Assembly (NCBI RefSeq): GCF_009914755.1
Contig: NC_060940.1
From: the human T2T-CHM13v2.0 reference genome, Homo sapiens
Strand: one strand, 5' to 3'
Length of the DNA: 64,000 nt
Below are positions 1 through 16,872 of the stretch, one piece after another. The position numbers and the translations under genes are program-made. The notes under the pieces were generated by a model. That model saw only the letters and a list, made by a program, of their open reading frames with translations. It did not search any database and was not told the origin of the DNA. The first letter of the stretch is position 1. Every line of letters starts with the position of its first letter.

Positions 1-220
1 ACTTTCCTAAAAGTGCACCCGAGTAGCACTGGGTGTGGGGTGATGGGAGGTGTGATTCAGCCACCCACGGCCATATGGGGCTGCTGCTTGTCCCAGCTTC
101 TGCTGCGTTTCCCTCCCCGACTCTCCTCCCTGCTTCCCAGTGAGAGGAGGGCTCGCCACCCTGTTTCCTGGATGCCTGGGCCGAGTGGGGCCCGGATCGG
201 GGTCATTTGAAAGCCCTGTG
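1..220. promoter_or_regulatory. GC/CpG-richer stretch, possibly the edge of a CpG island lying upstream of the window
   Basis: About 8 CpG in the first 200 bp and GC-rich, versus the CpG-poor background; cut off by the window start. Confidence 0.3.
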
Positions 221-274
221 AAGAGTTGAACATGAAGTGGAAGCTATTTAAATTTTTCTTAATTTATTTTTTGA

Positions 275-655
275 ACAGTCTCTCTGTCACCTGGCATTTT
301 CCTGTGCTGGTGTCTCTCAGATTGTCTGTCTCTGTCTCTATCTGTGCCTCTCTCTGCCCCCTCCCCTCTCTCCATCTGTGTGTGTCTGTCTCTTTGCTCT
401 GCCTTTCTCTCCATCTGTTTATGTGTCTGTGAATTTGTCTTTGTCTCTTTTTCATTCTTTTTTCCCTCTTTTCTCTTTGTCCCTCTTTCCCCCCTTCTCT
501 TTCCCTCCCTTCTTCCTTGTTTCTCGCTCTCTCTCCCCCTCCGTCTCTCTCCCCCTCCCTCTCTCCCTGTCTCTCTTCCTCCCTTCTTTCCTGGCCCCCT
601 CTCACTTTATTCCTATCTTTCTCTGATTCTGTTTCAGTCTCATCCTCTTTCCCTC
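275..655. repeat. CT-rich low-complexity (polypyrimidine) tract
   Basis: Degenerate (TC)n/(TCCC)n runs; source of the R/E/G-rich and L/S/P-rich spurious ORFs. Confidence 0.9.
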
Positions 656-839
656 AAGCACCTCCTTCATTTAAAAAGGTGGGCAGAGGTGAGTGAGGGG
701 TACTGAGAGTGATGGTGACTTGCATTGCCCATAATCTGCTTGAGGTCTAATATGGCTCCACTTTCTGCTGGATGCTTCATGTCAGCAATCAGTGTCATTA
801 TGTGAGGTCTGTCGTCATTTTTTTTAAAAAAAGATTCTG

Positions 840-1150
840 GGCTGGGTGCAGTTGCTCACGCCTGTAATCCCAGCACTTTGGGAGGCCAAGGCAGGTGAAT
901 CACTTGAGGTTAGGAGTTCAAGAACAGCCTGGCCAATATGGTAAAACTCGGTCTCTCCTAAAAGTACAAAAAGTTACCCAGGCGTGGTGGCGTGTGCCTG
1001 TAGTCCCAGCTACTTTGGAAGGCTGAGGCAGGAGAATCTCTTGAACCTAGGAGGTGGAGGTTGCAGTGAGTCGAGATCATGCTGCTACACTGCAGCGTGG
1101 GCAACAGAGTGAGACTCCATCTCAAAAATAAATAAATAAAATTAAAACAA
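840..1150 (+). mobile_element. AluS
   Basis: GGCTGGGTGCAGTTGCTCACGCCTGTAATCCCAGC start, A-rich linker and tail, flanking aaa(g/t)attctgg TSD-like repeat. Confidence 0.95.
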
Positions 1151-1344
1151 AAATATTCTGGATTTTTTTTTTTTTTTTTTGCCTGTCCATGTACTACAAT
1201 TTTCTGCCTTATCCTGCTGCTATGTGGCTAACTCTTTATCCTGCTTTTTGTATGTCAGCAAATCTGTACTTCTCACTAAGTTTAGGGTGCTTGGGGTCTT
1301 CCTTTGCACTGTCTCCGTACCTAAACAACCCCTTCTACAGAGCT

Positions 1345-1450
1345 CAAGATTGGATGATGGCTGCACAACTCTGTGAATTAACTAAAAACCCTGACTTGTA
1401 CACTTTAAATGGATGACATGGAGTAATGTCTGAATTATATCTCAATAAAG
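1345..1450 (+). mobile_element. Old L1M 3' end fragment
   Basis: gatggctgcacaactctgtgaat...gtacactttaaatgg...gaattatatctcaataaag matches the L1MB/MC 3' terminus. Confidence 0.7.
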
Positions 1451-1471
1451 TCTGGTTTTAAAAATTTGTTT

Positions 1472-1785
1472 CTTTTTTTATTCTTTTATTTTTATTTATT
1501 TTTAAAAATTATACTTTAAGTTCTGAGACACATGTGCAGAACGTGCAGGTTTGTTACATAGGTACACATGTGCCACAGTGGCTGGCTGCACCCGCCAACC
1601 TGTCATCTACATTAAGTATTTCTGCTAATGTTATCCCTCCCCTTGCCCCCCACCCCCTCCAGGCACCAGTGTGTGATGTTCCCCTTCCCTGTGTCCATGT
1701 GTTCTCATTGTTCAACTCTCACTTATGAGTGAGAACATGCAGTGTTTGGTTTTCTGTTCCTGTGTTAGTTTGCTGAGAATGATCT
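1472..1785 (-). mobile_element. 5'-truncated L1PA (about PA7-PA8) 3' end
   Basis: T-rich tail then ttatactttaagttctg...acatgtgcagaacgtgcaggtttgttacatagg; approximate TSD tctggt(c)tttaaaaa at 1451 and 1786. Confidence 0.9.
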
Positions 1786-1807
1786 TCTGGTCTTTAAAAA
1801 ATGTTTT

Positions 1808-1950
1808 CATACATTATATTTATACATATTCATGAAAGTACGTATGAAACTTTGTCACATGCAGAGAATGTGTAATGATCAAGGCAGGGTGTTTAGGGTA
1901 TCCATCACCCAAGTATTTAACGTCTCTATGTGTTAGGTATATATCAACAA
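1808..1950 (-). mobile_element. L1MA 3' end fragment
   Basis: agaatgtgtaatgatcaaggcagggtgtttagggtatccatcacc motif typical of the L1MA 3'UTR. Confidence 0.7.
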
Positions 1951-1987
1951 CGCTGTTTCTTTAAAAAGTAAATCTAAAGAAAGTATA

Positions 1988-2293
1988 GCCCAGGTGCGGT
2001 GGCTCATGCTTGTAATCCCAACAGTTTGGGAGGCCAAGGCAAGCAGATCACTTGAGGTCAGGAGATGAAGACCAGACTGGCCAACATGGTGAAACCCTGT
2101 CTCTGCTAAAAATACAAAAAAATTAGCTGGTCGTGGTGGTGCACGTCTGTAATCCCAGCTACTCAGGAGGCTGAGACAGGAGAATCGCTTGAATCTGGGA
2201 GGTGAAGGTTGCCATGTGCCGAGATTGCACAACTGTACTGCAGCCTGGGCGACAGAGCAAGGCTCTGTCTCAGAAAAAAAAAAAAAAAAAAAA
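1988..2293 (+). mobile_element. AluS (Sx-like)
   Basis: Full dimer, poly-A tail, TSD aaatctaaag(a/g)aagtata on both sides. Confidence 0.95.
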
Positions 2294-2959
2294 GGGAAAT
2301 CTAAAGGAAGTATAAAGCACATTCCATTGATTTCAGTCTGACTGCAGGTTTTCCACTGGGGCATTTGAATTGGGAGCTGGAGTGGGGGTGCACAGCATGT
2401 GAATCAGGAAGTATTTATGACTCTGTGTAAACATATCACAGTGGAATGCCAAACATTAGCTTCTGCTGAAATCAGCTAGCTCATCTAAACCTTAGCTAGA
2501 GGGGTTTCCTTAATGTCAACATTGATGCAAACAACCAGGGAAGATGGATGAACTCAAAGCAAAATTGGGTCTACATGGATTTTCTTCTCTCTGACAAAGA
2601 ACAGGCTAACTCCCACTTACTCCACACACCCCTTCCTCCACAAGGCCTTGCCTGAATCTCAAGTTTAGAAAAAACTCTTTTTTGCTGTTGTCTTGAAACA
2701 CCTTGAAATCTAACAGTTCTGTTGCCTTATTGTCCTTCTTGGTTTAAGTATGTGTCTTATCCATTGGGCTGTAAACTTCTTGAGTGTAGGAACTGTGCCC
2801 CTTTTGCACATAGAAGGTCTGTGATAATTATTCAGGCAAGGAAGGATGAAAGAAAAATAAACTCATGATTGAGGGGGAACTTGGCGTCCAATATGGATAT
2901 TAAGGCTAGTCCCAGTGAAACATCCCACTTTTAGCACATAACTGTTGTGCACCTATGGG

Positions 2960-3125
2960 TAACGTTCTGCGTAGCAGGCAGTACTCAAGGCACCGGTAAT
3001 ACAGCTGTGAATAAAACAGACAAGAATCTGTGCCATTGTGGCACTTGTGTCTGGTAGGGGGAAAGTGGATAATAAAAATAAGTAAGTTATAAGGAGTATT
3101 GGAAGGTGGTAATGTTCGGGAGAAA
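2960..3125 (-). mobile_element. L2 fragment
   Basis: aggcaccggtaatacagctgtgaataaaacagacaag resembles the L2 3' region. Confidence 0.55.
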
Positions 3126-4139
3126 AGAAAGCATAAGAGTACTTGTGTGCATGGGGTCATTTGCAAAATATTTTTCTTTGATCTTTATTCCCCTGATAGC
3201 TATAGAGAAAATAAATTTTTCATATAGAAGGAGAGAAAATTGAGGTATTTTGCAGCAGACAGAGACGGATGTTTAAAAAAACTTACGCTTTGGCATTTTC
3301 TGTGCACCCTAAGCTTCAAACTTAGAATTCTTAGAGCCAACAGAAAGGCCCTTGGGGCTGGGACAGGAAATCCTGTGTTGTAGAAGCAGAGAGCAGGGAA
3401 AACAGGGGAGCCACTGCCCCACGTTGGGGCCTCCTCCCCTCTCTCCATCTGCACGTGTCTGTCTGTGACTTTGCCATTTGAGCAAGCTTCATTCCAGTTT
3501 TTCAAGCTTAAGCCTTGGGATATTAAAAATGTAAAAAATAATAAGAAAAATGAATGGGTGCTAACCACAGCTAGAGACAGAGGAGGTGGGGTGAGGCTGG
3601 GTTGCTGAGGAGCCCTGGGGAGGGATCAGTGTGGCCAGCAGTGGGAGGGGTCCATGCTGCAGAACTGCTCTCTTTGAAATTGGTATTTTTCCACAGCAAA
3701 CAGAAGCCCAACGCTTGTTGGCAGTGGAGCCTCGTCCTGGGAATAGAGAGGGCAGAGCGGCCACTGGGAGCTAGATGTGGAGGAAGTAAACACACGGGGA
3801 GGAGGCTGACTGTCATGTCTTTACCATCTGGGGGCTCCCTGAGGAGTTGGGGCCGGTGTTAACATTCATCAGGTGCCCTGTTGATCAGTCATCATCAGAA
3901 GTGAGAGGAGCAAAGCATCCAGTCACCAAACACTGTGTGATTGCCTGAGACTCCAAGGGGGCTCCACCAAACAGGGTGCAGCACAGTCCCCCAGGCACAG
4001 GGGCTGGCCACAGTCCCAGCAACAGTGATGAAAGTGTCAGCTAGTGCGTATGAAGACTTGCATATTGGACACTATTCAAAGCACATTGTGTGAATTATCT
4101 CACTTAACCTTGTAAAGTTTTCTGTAGCAAACTCATGGA

Positions 4140-4560
4140 TCAGTTAGGACTCAATTGATTACACGTGACTGAAAACCAAACCCAAAATGATAAGCAGAAA
4201 GGGAATCTGTCAAGTCATGCAACTGAAATATCCAGGAGAAGCTGTGGCTTCAGGCATAGCTGGATCCAGGAGCTTAAACAGTATGATAGGCTCTGTTGTT
4301 TTTCTTGGTCTCTTGACTCTACTTCCCATATCTCAGTATCATTCTAAGGTGAGCTGTCATGGTGGCAAAAGGGCTGTGGGTACTCTAATCCACATGCTTT
4401 CAAGGTGAAGTCCAGCAGAAAAGAATGTTTCTTTTACTGTCCCCATAGTTTTAGTATGTCTTGTGGCGTCTCCTTGTCTCTGATGAGGATTATGTGCCCG
4501 TCTGGACAGATGACCATGGTGGCAGGGAACGGAAGTCACCGTTTGTTGTGTACTACCCTG
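4140..4560. mobile_element. Ancient MaLR/ERVL LTR remnant (MLT1K-like) interrupting a MIR
   Basis: ggcttcaggcatagctggatccaggagcttaaac motif; MIR halves at ~4040-4120 and ~4670-4780. Confidence 0.5.
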
Positions 4561-5817
4561 GAGTGAGGACTGGAGTCATGATGAGTTGGAGTGGGATCAT
4601 GAGGGATGGTCCTTAAAATAGGTTAAAGGAGGCAGGTGGTAAAAAATTAAAAAATGTCTATGTCTTGGTACTATTATCACCTCTGTTTTGTAGATGGGGA
4701 AATTGAGACCAGGAAGGGTGGAGTCACTGGTCCAAGGTCACACAGCAAATAGAACTGGGATAGTGGTCCAGTGTCATCTATGGCCACCATCAGGCCATCA
4801 ACTTCCACGAGCAGAGTCTCATCTCATCCCTCTTTCCTGCATCTGTCCTTGGGGCTGCCACGTCATTCCAAACCACCAGAGCAATCAGTGGGGTCGCCCT
4901 GAAGACTGCAGGAGTCATAAGGCCGCAAGCCCATCAATCCTGTCACTTTCCAAGGACCATTCCCAAGGCAAAGGGTCATTAATATCATCATCTCCATCTT
5001 CTTTAATGCTAATTACTTTTTTTCCCACGTCAACATAAAAATCATCTTAAATGTCCTCATTAAAGTGGATGTGATTTCTGACCACAGAATCATCAACTCA
5101 GCCTGGGAAAGACTTTCAGGGGAGAAAATGTTCTCAGAGCCACAGTAGCAATTTTGAGTGATTTAGAATATCAAGTTGGTATGATTTTTAATCATTAAAG
5201 GAGATGTAAAAACATATTTTATACACAATCTTTTATCTTACACTTATTTTTATATTTCTCTATAACAATTTATTGCGACACATATATCACCATTACATCA
5301 GACATTTATGGCTCCATTAAAATTCAATGCTATCATAAATTTGGGCCGGTTAAAGTGGTGACATTTGTAACAGCTTCCACAAGGACGTATTTTATATTTA
5401 AAGTGAAACTTTGAGTAGAAACTTTCGTTAAAGAAATAAAAAACATGTAGAATAGGAAGGGGATATAAGATTTTCTTCTTTGTAAAACACTTAATGCCTA
5501 CCTTAATACCTGCCGTATTATGAAGCCAGACTTTTGCTAAATACTGCATATGGTAGTTCCAGTATGTAGGGATGAACGGGAATCATGATAATGCTATCAT
5601 TGACTAGAAATACTCCTCTCTTCTCAGTCTTTTGGCACCCTGAGACCTGGGAGAATTTTAGAAATAAGAGAAAATAATAAATCAGATTTTTAAAAAATGC
5701 TATATCCATATAATGAGAGGTTTTCTGATTCTGGAGCATAAGGATTTTCAGAGTGATAGTATATGGAACTTACATTTTTCCATCATTTGGTTCAAGATGG
5801 GAAATTTGGGCATATCC

Positions 5818-6020
5818 GTCCTTCCCTTCCTTCCTCCAGTCCTTCCTCCTTTCCTTCCTCCCTTCCTTCCTTCCTCCCTTCCTTCCTTCCTCCCTTCCTT
5901 CTTTCCTTTCTTCCTCCCTCCCTCCCTTCCTGCCTCCCTCCCTTCCTCCCTCCCTCCCTTCCTCCCTTCCTTCCTCTCCTAACTTTCCTTCCTTCCTTCC
6001 TCTCCTTCCTCTCCTTCTCC
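5818..6020. repeat. (CCTT)n/(CCCT)n simple repeat
   Basis: ~200-bp pyrimidine tetranucleotide array read directly. Confidence 0.95.
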
Positions 6021-7099
6021 AAACCATCAGAAGGTGTTAGAACAACTTTTGTGAGCCCAGTGCTTTTATAGCGGATTTAAAATGTAAAAGTGGGGCTGCT
6101 ATATTCTTACTTCTGAAGGAGGCTTCTACACTGGGAAGCTGTCAAAGGAGAGAAACAAGCCCGATCACTTCTCTTGCATCCTCCGGTGCCATAAGAACGT
6201 CTGGCACATAGTAGATATCCACCAGTAGCCTCATCAAAGCTCTTGGTCAAGCTACTCATATAGAAAGCTTTAGGCAATTAATGCTCAACTAGGCATAACA
6301 GAGTACTGGCCCAGCTGTGCAGGACAGAATGGGTATCATATATGACTTAAAGAAAGCGAAGTGAGTGAGGACCTTGTTTACGTCTAGATAGCGTTTATGG
6401 AAGAAGGAGGCTTCAAATTAGTATTAGTCCAGAAATGGGACTAAAGGTAAGCTAGCCTGAAAGAACCAATGGGGGCTAAGAGCTAGCTTGAAGAACTTCA
6501 TTTGGGCCGAGAGATGGATCTGGTCAGGTGTTGGGATAAAGTGTAGGTGAGTCTACACAGCACCATGGTGTGTATCACAGCAGGGACAACAGACACTGAA
6601 CGTGTGCTGGGTCAGGCAGGAGGCATGCTATTTTGCATTAACAATAGAGATAGCAAAGGATTAACTCCGCTTACTATTAGCCTGTTTTTTTTTCTCCAAG
6701 TGCTTTTCTCAAATGGACTGATTTTAATTCTCACAATCACACTAACGGTGAGTATTCTGTATTGTGATTGGAAAGAACGAAAAAGGAGAGGAGATATATG
6801 GGTTACAGGTACATTTTCTATTTCTCTTTGTATGTCTCTGTGAATCTGAACAAATAGAAGGCAGAACACTACTCACATCCCAGGGGTAAATTTAATTGGG
6901 GGACTGGGTGGGCACCTTCTGTTTTCTGAGTTATACTGGCTGATGCTGCTAATTGTGGGCTGAAATCAAATGTCATTACAGGAAGTGTCAGCTAGAATCA
7001 GACATATCAGAGTTCTCTTAAACCAAATGAGACCTTTGCAGAGCATGTCCCGTGGAAGGAGGAGTCTTACATTCCCATAAAGGAACATAGTACCTACAA

Positions 7100-7295
7100 G
7101 CTGTGCCGTTCAATATGGGAGCCATTGGCTACATGTAGTCACTCAGCACGTAAAACTGACTGGTGCCACATATTAAAATGATCATTTTTTGCATGTTGTG
7201 TTAAGTAAAACCTATCTTTAAAAGTAATTTTCCTGTTTGCTTGTTTTAATGTGGCTACTGGGAAATTAAAAAATCACACATGATTTTCATTATAT
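7100..7295. mobile_element. hAT-Charlie MITE (MER33/MER3 family) remnant
   Basis: gttcaatatgggagccattggctacatgtagtcactcagcacg...aatgtggctactgg. Confidence 0.6.
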
Positions 7296-7349
7296 TTCTT
7301 TTTTGTTTATTACGCTAAGATCACTTAAAACGAGATCTGCCTTGTAACA

Positions 7350-7480
7350 AATTTTATTTTTGTACACATAAGGCCTTGCTGTGTTGCCCTGGCTTGTCTG
7401 AAACTCCTGGCCCTAAGTAATCCTCCCACCTCACCCTCCCAAAGTGCTGGGATTATAGGCATGAGCCACTGCACCCAGCC
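7350..7480 (-). mobile_element. Alu monomer (FLAM-like) within an L1MA remnant (~7300-7590)
   Basis: Single left monomer ending cccaaagtgctgggattataggcatgagccactgcacccagcc. Confidence 0.8.
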
Positions 7481-8375
7481 TTGCAATGAATTTTTAGGCA
7501 CATAACACGGTATTGTTAATGATAGGCATGATGTCATACGGAAGGTCTCAAGAACTTATTCATCTTGATAACAGAAACTTTCTATGCTGACAGCATCTAT
7601 GTAGGTTGTTTGCATCCTTTCCCTTCAAAGGACCTATCTTACGGAAATAGAGAAAGACTCCTGGAGAGCTCCTTCTTCATCATGTCACCAAGGTCTGGGC
7701 TGGGAAGTGCTTTCATATAAATTTTCAACTACAGCTCCCAGGCTACCATGCCCTGAAAAGAATCATTCACAGCTCCTTGTCTTTGCTTGTGCTATGTTCC
7801 CCATCTGGAGCTCCTTCCTCTTATCTTCCACCTCACTCATCTGGCATGCTCCTGAAACCCCTACTCAAACATTCTCTGTTTCTTGTAGCTGCCCTTGAAT
7901 GAATTGCTCTGTCTTCTGGGTTCCCGCAGCACCTTGAACCCGTTTCCTTTGCTGTCGCTCTGACTGCCTTGTGTTTTAATTATTTATCTATTTCCATAGC
8001 TGCTCATGGAATCCCTTGAAATCAGGGACAAAGTAACTTTAGATTCTTCTTAGGCAGAATCCTTCTTTTCCGCTTCCAAATAGAAGGGCACCCCCCATCG
8101 ATGCTGGACCTGGTTCATATGGCATCATCGGTCATTGTGTCTCTTCTTTCCAACTCCACCTTCAGTGGCTTTGCACTGATGACTTGAAATTGGAGTATTT
8201 ACAACACAGACATTGGCACACAATGTAAATCAGGGCTTTTTGTGAGGAGTGGGGAAGGGAGAGCAAGTTGTTAAATATTTACCATCTCACCCGATCTGAA
8301 ATTAAATGAAATAAAAGGCTTTTGCCACCTGAATCAGCCTTGGAAAATGGTGGTCATTTTCTTGTGATTAAGTGA

Positions 8376-8699
<324 letters not shown>

Positions 8700-8796
8700 T
8701 AGGTATATCTCCCAGTGCTATCCCTCCCCCTTCCCCCACCTCATGACAGGCCCCGGTGTGTGATGTTCCCCTTCTGTGTCCAAGTGTTCTCATTGT

Positions 8797-12549
<3,753 letters not shown>

Positions 12550-12612
12550 TATGATGTTAGCTGGTTATTTTGCTCGTTAATTGATGCAGTTTCTTCTTAG
12601 CCTTGATGGTCT

Positions 12613-13624
12613 TTACAATTTGGCATGTTTTTGCAGTGGCTGGTATCGGTTGTTCTTTTCCATGTTGAGTGCTTCCTTCAGGAGCTCTTTTAGGGCAGGC
12701 CTGGTGGTGACAAAATCTCTCAGGATTTGCTTGTCTGTAAAGGATTTTATTTCTCTTTCACTTATGAAGCTTAGTTTTGCTGGATATGAAGTTCTGGGTT
12801 GAAAATTCTTTAAGAATGTTGAATATTGCCCCCACCCCCTTTTGGTTTGTAGAGTTTCTGCCGAGAGATCTGCTGTTAGTCTAATAGGCTTCCCTTTGTG
12901 TGTAACCCGACCTTTCTCTCTGGCTGCCCTTAACATTTTTTCCTTCATTTCAACTTCGGTGAATCTGACAATTTATTTGTCTTGGAGTTGCTCTTCTCGA
13001 GGAGTATCTTTGTGGCATTCTCTGTATTTCCTGAATTTGAATGTTGGCCTGCCATGCTAGGTTGGGGAAGTTCTCCTGGATAATATCCTGCAGAGTGTTT
13101 TCCAACTTGGTGCCATTCTCCCTGTCACTTTCAGGTACACCAATCAGATGTAGATTTGGTCTTTTCACATAGTCCCATATTTCTTGGAGGCTTTGTTCGT
13201 TTCTTTTTACTCTTTTTTCTCTAAACTTCTCTTCTCGCTTCATTTCATTCATTTGATCTTCAATCACTGATACCCTTTCTTCCAGTTGATCGAATCGGCT
13301 GCTGAAGCTTATGCATTCGTCACGTAGTTCTTGTGCCATGGTTTTCAGTTCCATCAGGTCATTTAAGGACTTCTCTACACTGGTTATTCTAGTTAGGCAT
13401 TTATCTAATCTTTTTTCAAGGTTTTTAGCTTCTTTGCGATGGGTTCGAACTTCCTCCGTTAGTTCAGAGAAGTTTGATCGTCTGAAGCCTTCTTCTCTCA
13501 ACTCGTCGAAGTCATTCTCCGTCTAGCTTTTTTCCATTGCTGGTGAGGAGCTGCGTTCCTTTAGAGGGGGAGAGGTACTCTGATTTTTAGAATTTTCAGC
13601 TTTTCTGCTCTGTTTTTTCCCCAT
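12613..13624 (-). pseudogene. L1 ORF1p, disrupted
   Basis: Fragments REEGFRRSNFSEL...EQSLQEIWDYVKRPNL and KEKMLRAAREKGRVTHKGKPIRLTADLSAETLQ...QKHAKL*; frameshifted. Confidence 0.95.
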
Positions 13625-14200
13625 CTTTGTGGTTTTATGTACCTTTGGTCTTTTATGATGGTGATGTACAGATGCGGTTTTGGTGTGGATGTCCTTTCTG
13701 TTTGTTAGTTTTCCTTCTAACAGTCAAGACCCTCAGCTGCAGGTCTGTTGGAGTTTGCTGGAGGTCCATTCCAGACCCTGTTTGCCTGGGTATCAGCAGC
13801 AGAGGCTGCAGAACAGCGAATATTTCTGAACAGCAAATGTTGCTGCCCGATCATTCCTTTGGAAGCTTCGTCTCAGAGGGGCACCCGACTGCATGAGATG
13901 TCAGTCTGCCCCTACTGTGGGGGTGCCTCCCAGTTAGGCTACTCGGGGGTCAGGAACGTACTTGAGGAGGCAGACTGTCCATTCTCAGATGTCAAACTCC
14001 ATGCTGGGAGAACTAGTACTCTCTTCAAAGCTGTCAGACAGGGACATTTAAGTCTGCAGAGGTTTCTGCTACCTTTTGTTTGGCTATGCCGTGCCCCCAG
14101 AGGTGGAGTCTACAGAGGCAGGCAGGCCTCCTTGAGCTGTGGTGGGCTCCACACAGTTGGAGCTTCCCATCTGCTTTGTTTACCTACTCAAGCCTCAGCA

Positions 14201-14275
14201 ATGGCAGGCGCCCCTCCCCCAGCCTCGCTGCCGTCTTGCAGTTCGATCTCAGACGGCTGTGCTAGCAATGAGTGA
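14201..14275 (+). pseudogene. L1 ORF0 remnant, truncated at 24 aa
   Basis: ATG GCA GGC GCC CCT... gives MAGAPPPASLPSCSSISDGCASNE*, matching the ORF0 N-terminus; premature TGA consistent with CGA>TGA decay. Confidence 0.8.
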
Positions 14276-14659
14276 GGCTTTGTGGGCGTGGGACCCTCTG
14301 AGCCAGGCATGGGATGTAACCTCCTGGTGTGCCGTTTGCTGACTGTTGGAAAAGTGCAGTATTAGGGTGGGAGTGACCCAATTTTCCAGGTGCCGTCTGC
14401 CACAGCTTCCCTTGGCTAGGAAAGGGAATTCCCTGACACCTTGCACTTCCCAGGTTAGTCGATGCCTCGCCCTGCTTCGGCTCACGCATGGTGGGCTGCA
14501 TCCACTGTCCTGTCCCCACTGTCTGACAAGCCCCAGTGAGATGAACCCGGTACTGGGAAATTCAGAAATTACCTGTCTTCTGCGTTGCTCACGCTGGGAG
14601 CTGTAGACTGGAGCTGTTCCTATTCGGCAATCTTGGAACCCACCAATTTTTGTATTTTT

Positions 14660-14780
14660 AGTAGAGAGGTGGGTTTCACCATGTTGACTGGGCTGGTCTC
14701 AAACTTCTGACCTGAAGAGATCTGCCCACCTCGGCCTCCTAAAGTGCTGGGATTACAGGCATGAGCCATCGTGCCTTGCC
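14660..14780 (-). mobile_element. AluS left monomer (other half of the split Alu)
   Basis: agtagagaggtgggtttcaccatgttg...aagtgctgggattacaggcatgagcc followed by the Alu TSD. Confidence 0.95.
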
Positions 14781-15455
14781 AAGAAATTCTGCTTTCTGTT
14801 CAATCCAGACAGTTTGAGGAGCTCTCCCCGAAGGCTGTAATTTTAGGCTCTGGTGGAGAGATGATGGATTAGACTAGGTGATTATGAAGTTTCTTCTCAG
14901 CTCTAAACTTCACTGATTCTGGGCATTATGCATTTCACTCATGAGTAATTAACATTTGTAGTGCCCTACATTTGTGCATCCCTTATCTTTCTTTTTCTCT
15001 CGGGGAGCTTTCATACTGATTACGTCTCTTGACATCTCTGTGAAGCAAGTGGGCGGATACCGTCTCCACCCAATAGAGAAGTTAATACATCCACTGTAGA
15101 CTTCTGCTTAAAATCAGATAGATTTGCACATAATTGTTTTTGGTCTCAAATAGTTAGATGATGTGGCTGCTGGATGAAGGTGAATCTGGAGGATGAACTC
15201 TAGGAATCAGAGAGGGCAAGGAAGCCACCTAAAGTCACACAGATACTGGAGAGCAGAACCGCATCAGTCTCAGGACTACTCTAAAGGTGAGGAGCATTTG
15301 GAAGTGGTAGTGGTCCAGGAGAATGGAAAAATACTGTTAGCTGTAGAATATCCACTATTGCAATTAAGTAAGAGAACTGACTCCAAATTGAGATGGTTTA
15401 GTGTTTACTCCAAACCTCAACTATATTAAACCCATTTTAATGGTTTTTTATTCCT

Positions 15456-16068
15456 TATTGGTGGGAAAGTAAATTAGTTCAACCATTGTGGAAGACAGTG
15501 TGGCAGTTCCCCAAAGACCTAAAAACAGAAATACCATTTGACCCAGCAATCCCATTCCTGGGTATATACCCAAAGGAATATAAATCGTTCTATTATAAAG
15601 ATACATGCATGTGTATGTTCATTGTACACTATTCACAATAGCAAAGACATGGAGTAAATCTAAATTCCCATAATGGCAGATTGGATAGAGAAAATGTATG
15701 CATATACCATGCAATACTATCCAGCCATAAAAAAAAGAACGAGATCATGTCCTTTGCAGGAAAATGAATGGCACTGGAGGCTATTGTCCTCAGCAAACTG
15801 GTGTAGGAACAGAAAACCACATACTGCATGTTCTTACTTAGAAGTGGTAGCTGAATGATGAGAACACAGGGACACATAGAGGGGAGAAATACACACTGGG
15901 ACCTTTTAGAGGTCACGGATTGGAGGGTGGGAGGAGAGAGAGGATCAGGAAAAACAACTAATAGATACTAGGCTTCATACCTGGGTGATGAAATAGTCTG
16001 TACAGGAAACCCCCATGACACAAGCTTACCAATATAACAAACCTGCACATGTATCCTTTAACTTAAAT
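15456..16068 (+). mobile_element. 5'-truncated L1PA15/16-like 3' end
   Basis: gagaggatcaggaaaa...cctgggtgatgaaatagtctgtac...aaacccccatgacacaag...aacaaacctgcacatgta. Confidence 0.85.
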
Positions 16069-16533
16069 GAGACATTTTGCTCCAAACATTCACTATTGAA
16101 ACAATCAACTATTAAAAGGGCTCCCCCTTGTTTTTGCCACCCACCTAGCTGTTTCACGCTGTTTACTGTGATACTGTGCTTTCCAGAAAATAAATTGCTT
16201 CATGGGCCATAGGATCTTATTTTCTCCCTTCAGAGAGAATGGCACCCCAAATTGAAGATAAACAGTCATTTTACAAAGGTTTCAGAAAAGGATGGTAACT
16301 CTTTGAATGACCCATAATAAGAGAACCCTCTTAGGAGGTGAGGGCGTATAAGCAGTTGGGATTTCATGAAATGGCTGAGTAATTTTGCCAAGCCTGGAGA
16401 TAGGACTTCATACTCACTCCTCTACTTTGAATTTCTGCAACTTTGAGGCATATGTTGAGTTTCAAACTAGATCAAAAGAAATAAATTCAGAGAGAAAGAA
16501 AATTCACCCAGAACATTGTACAAAAAAAGAGTG

Positions 16534-16872
<339 letters not shown>

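Noticed and set aside
226-706. Overlapping 68-120-aa ORFs
   Set aside because: Translations of the CT-rich low-complexity tract; no domain or splice support
5713-6071. Pro/Ser/Phe- and Gly/Arg/Glu-rich ORFs
   Set aside because: Products of the (CCTT)n repeat
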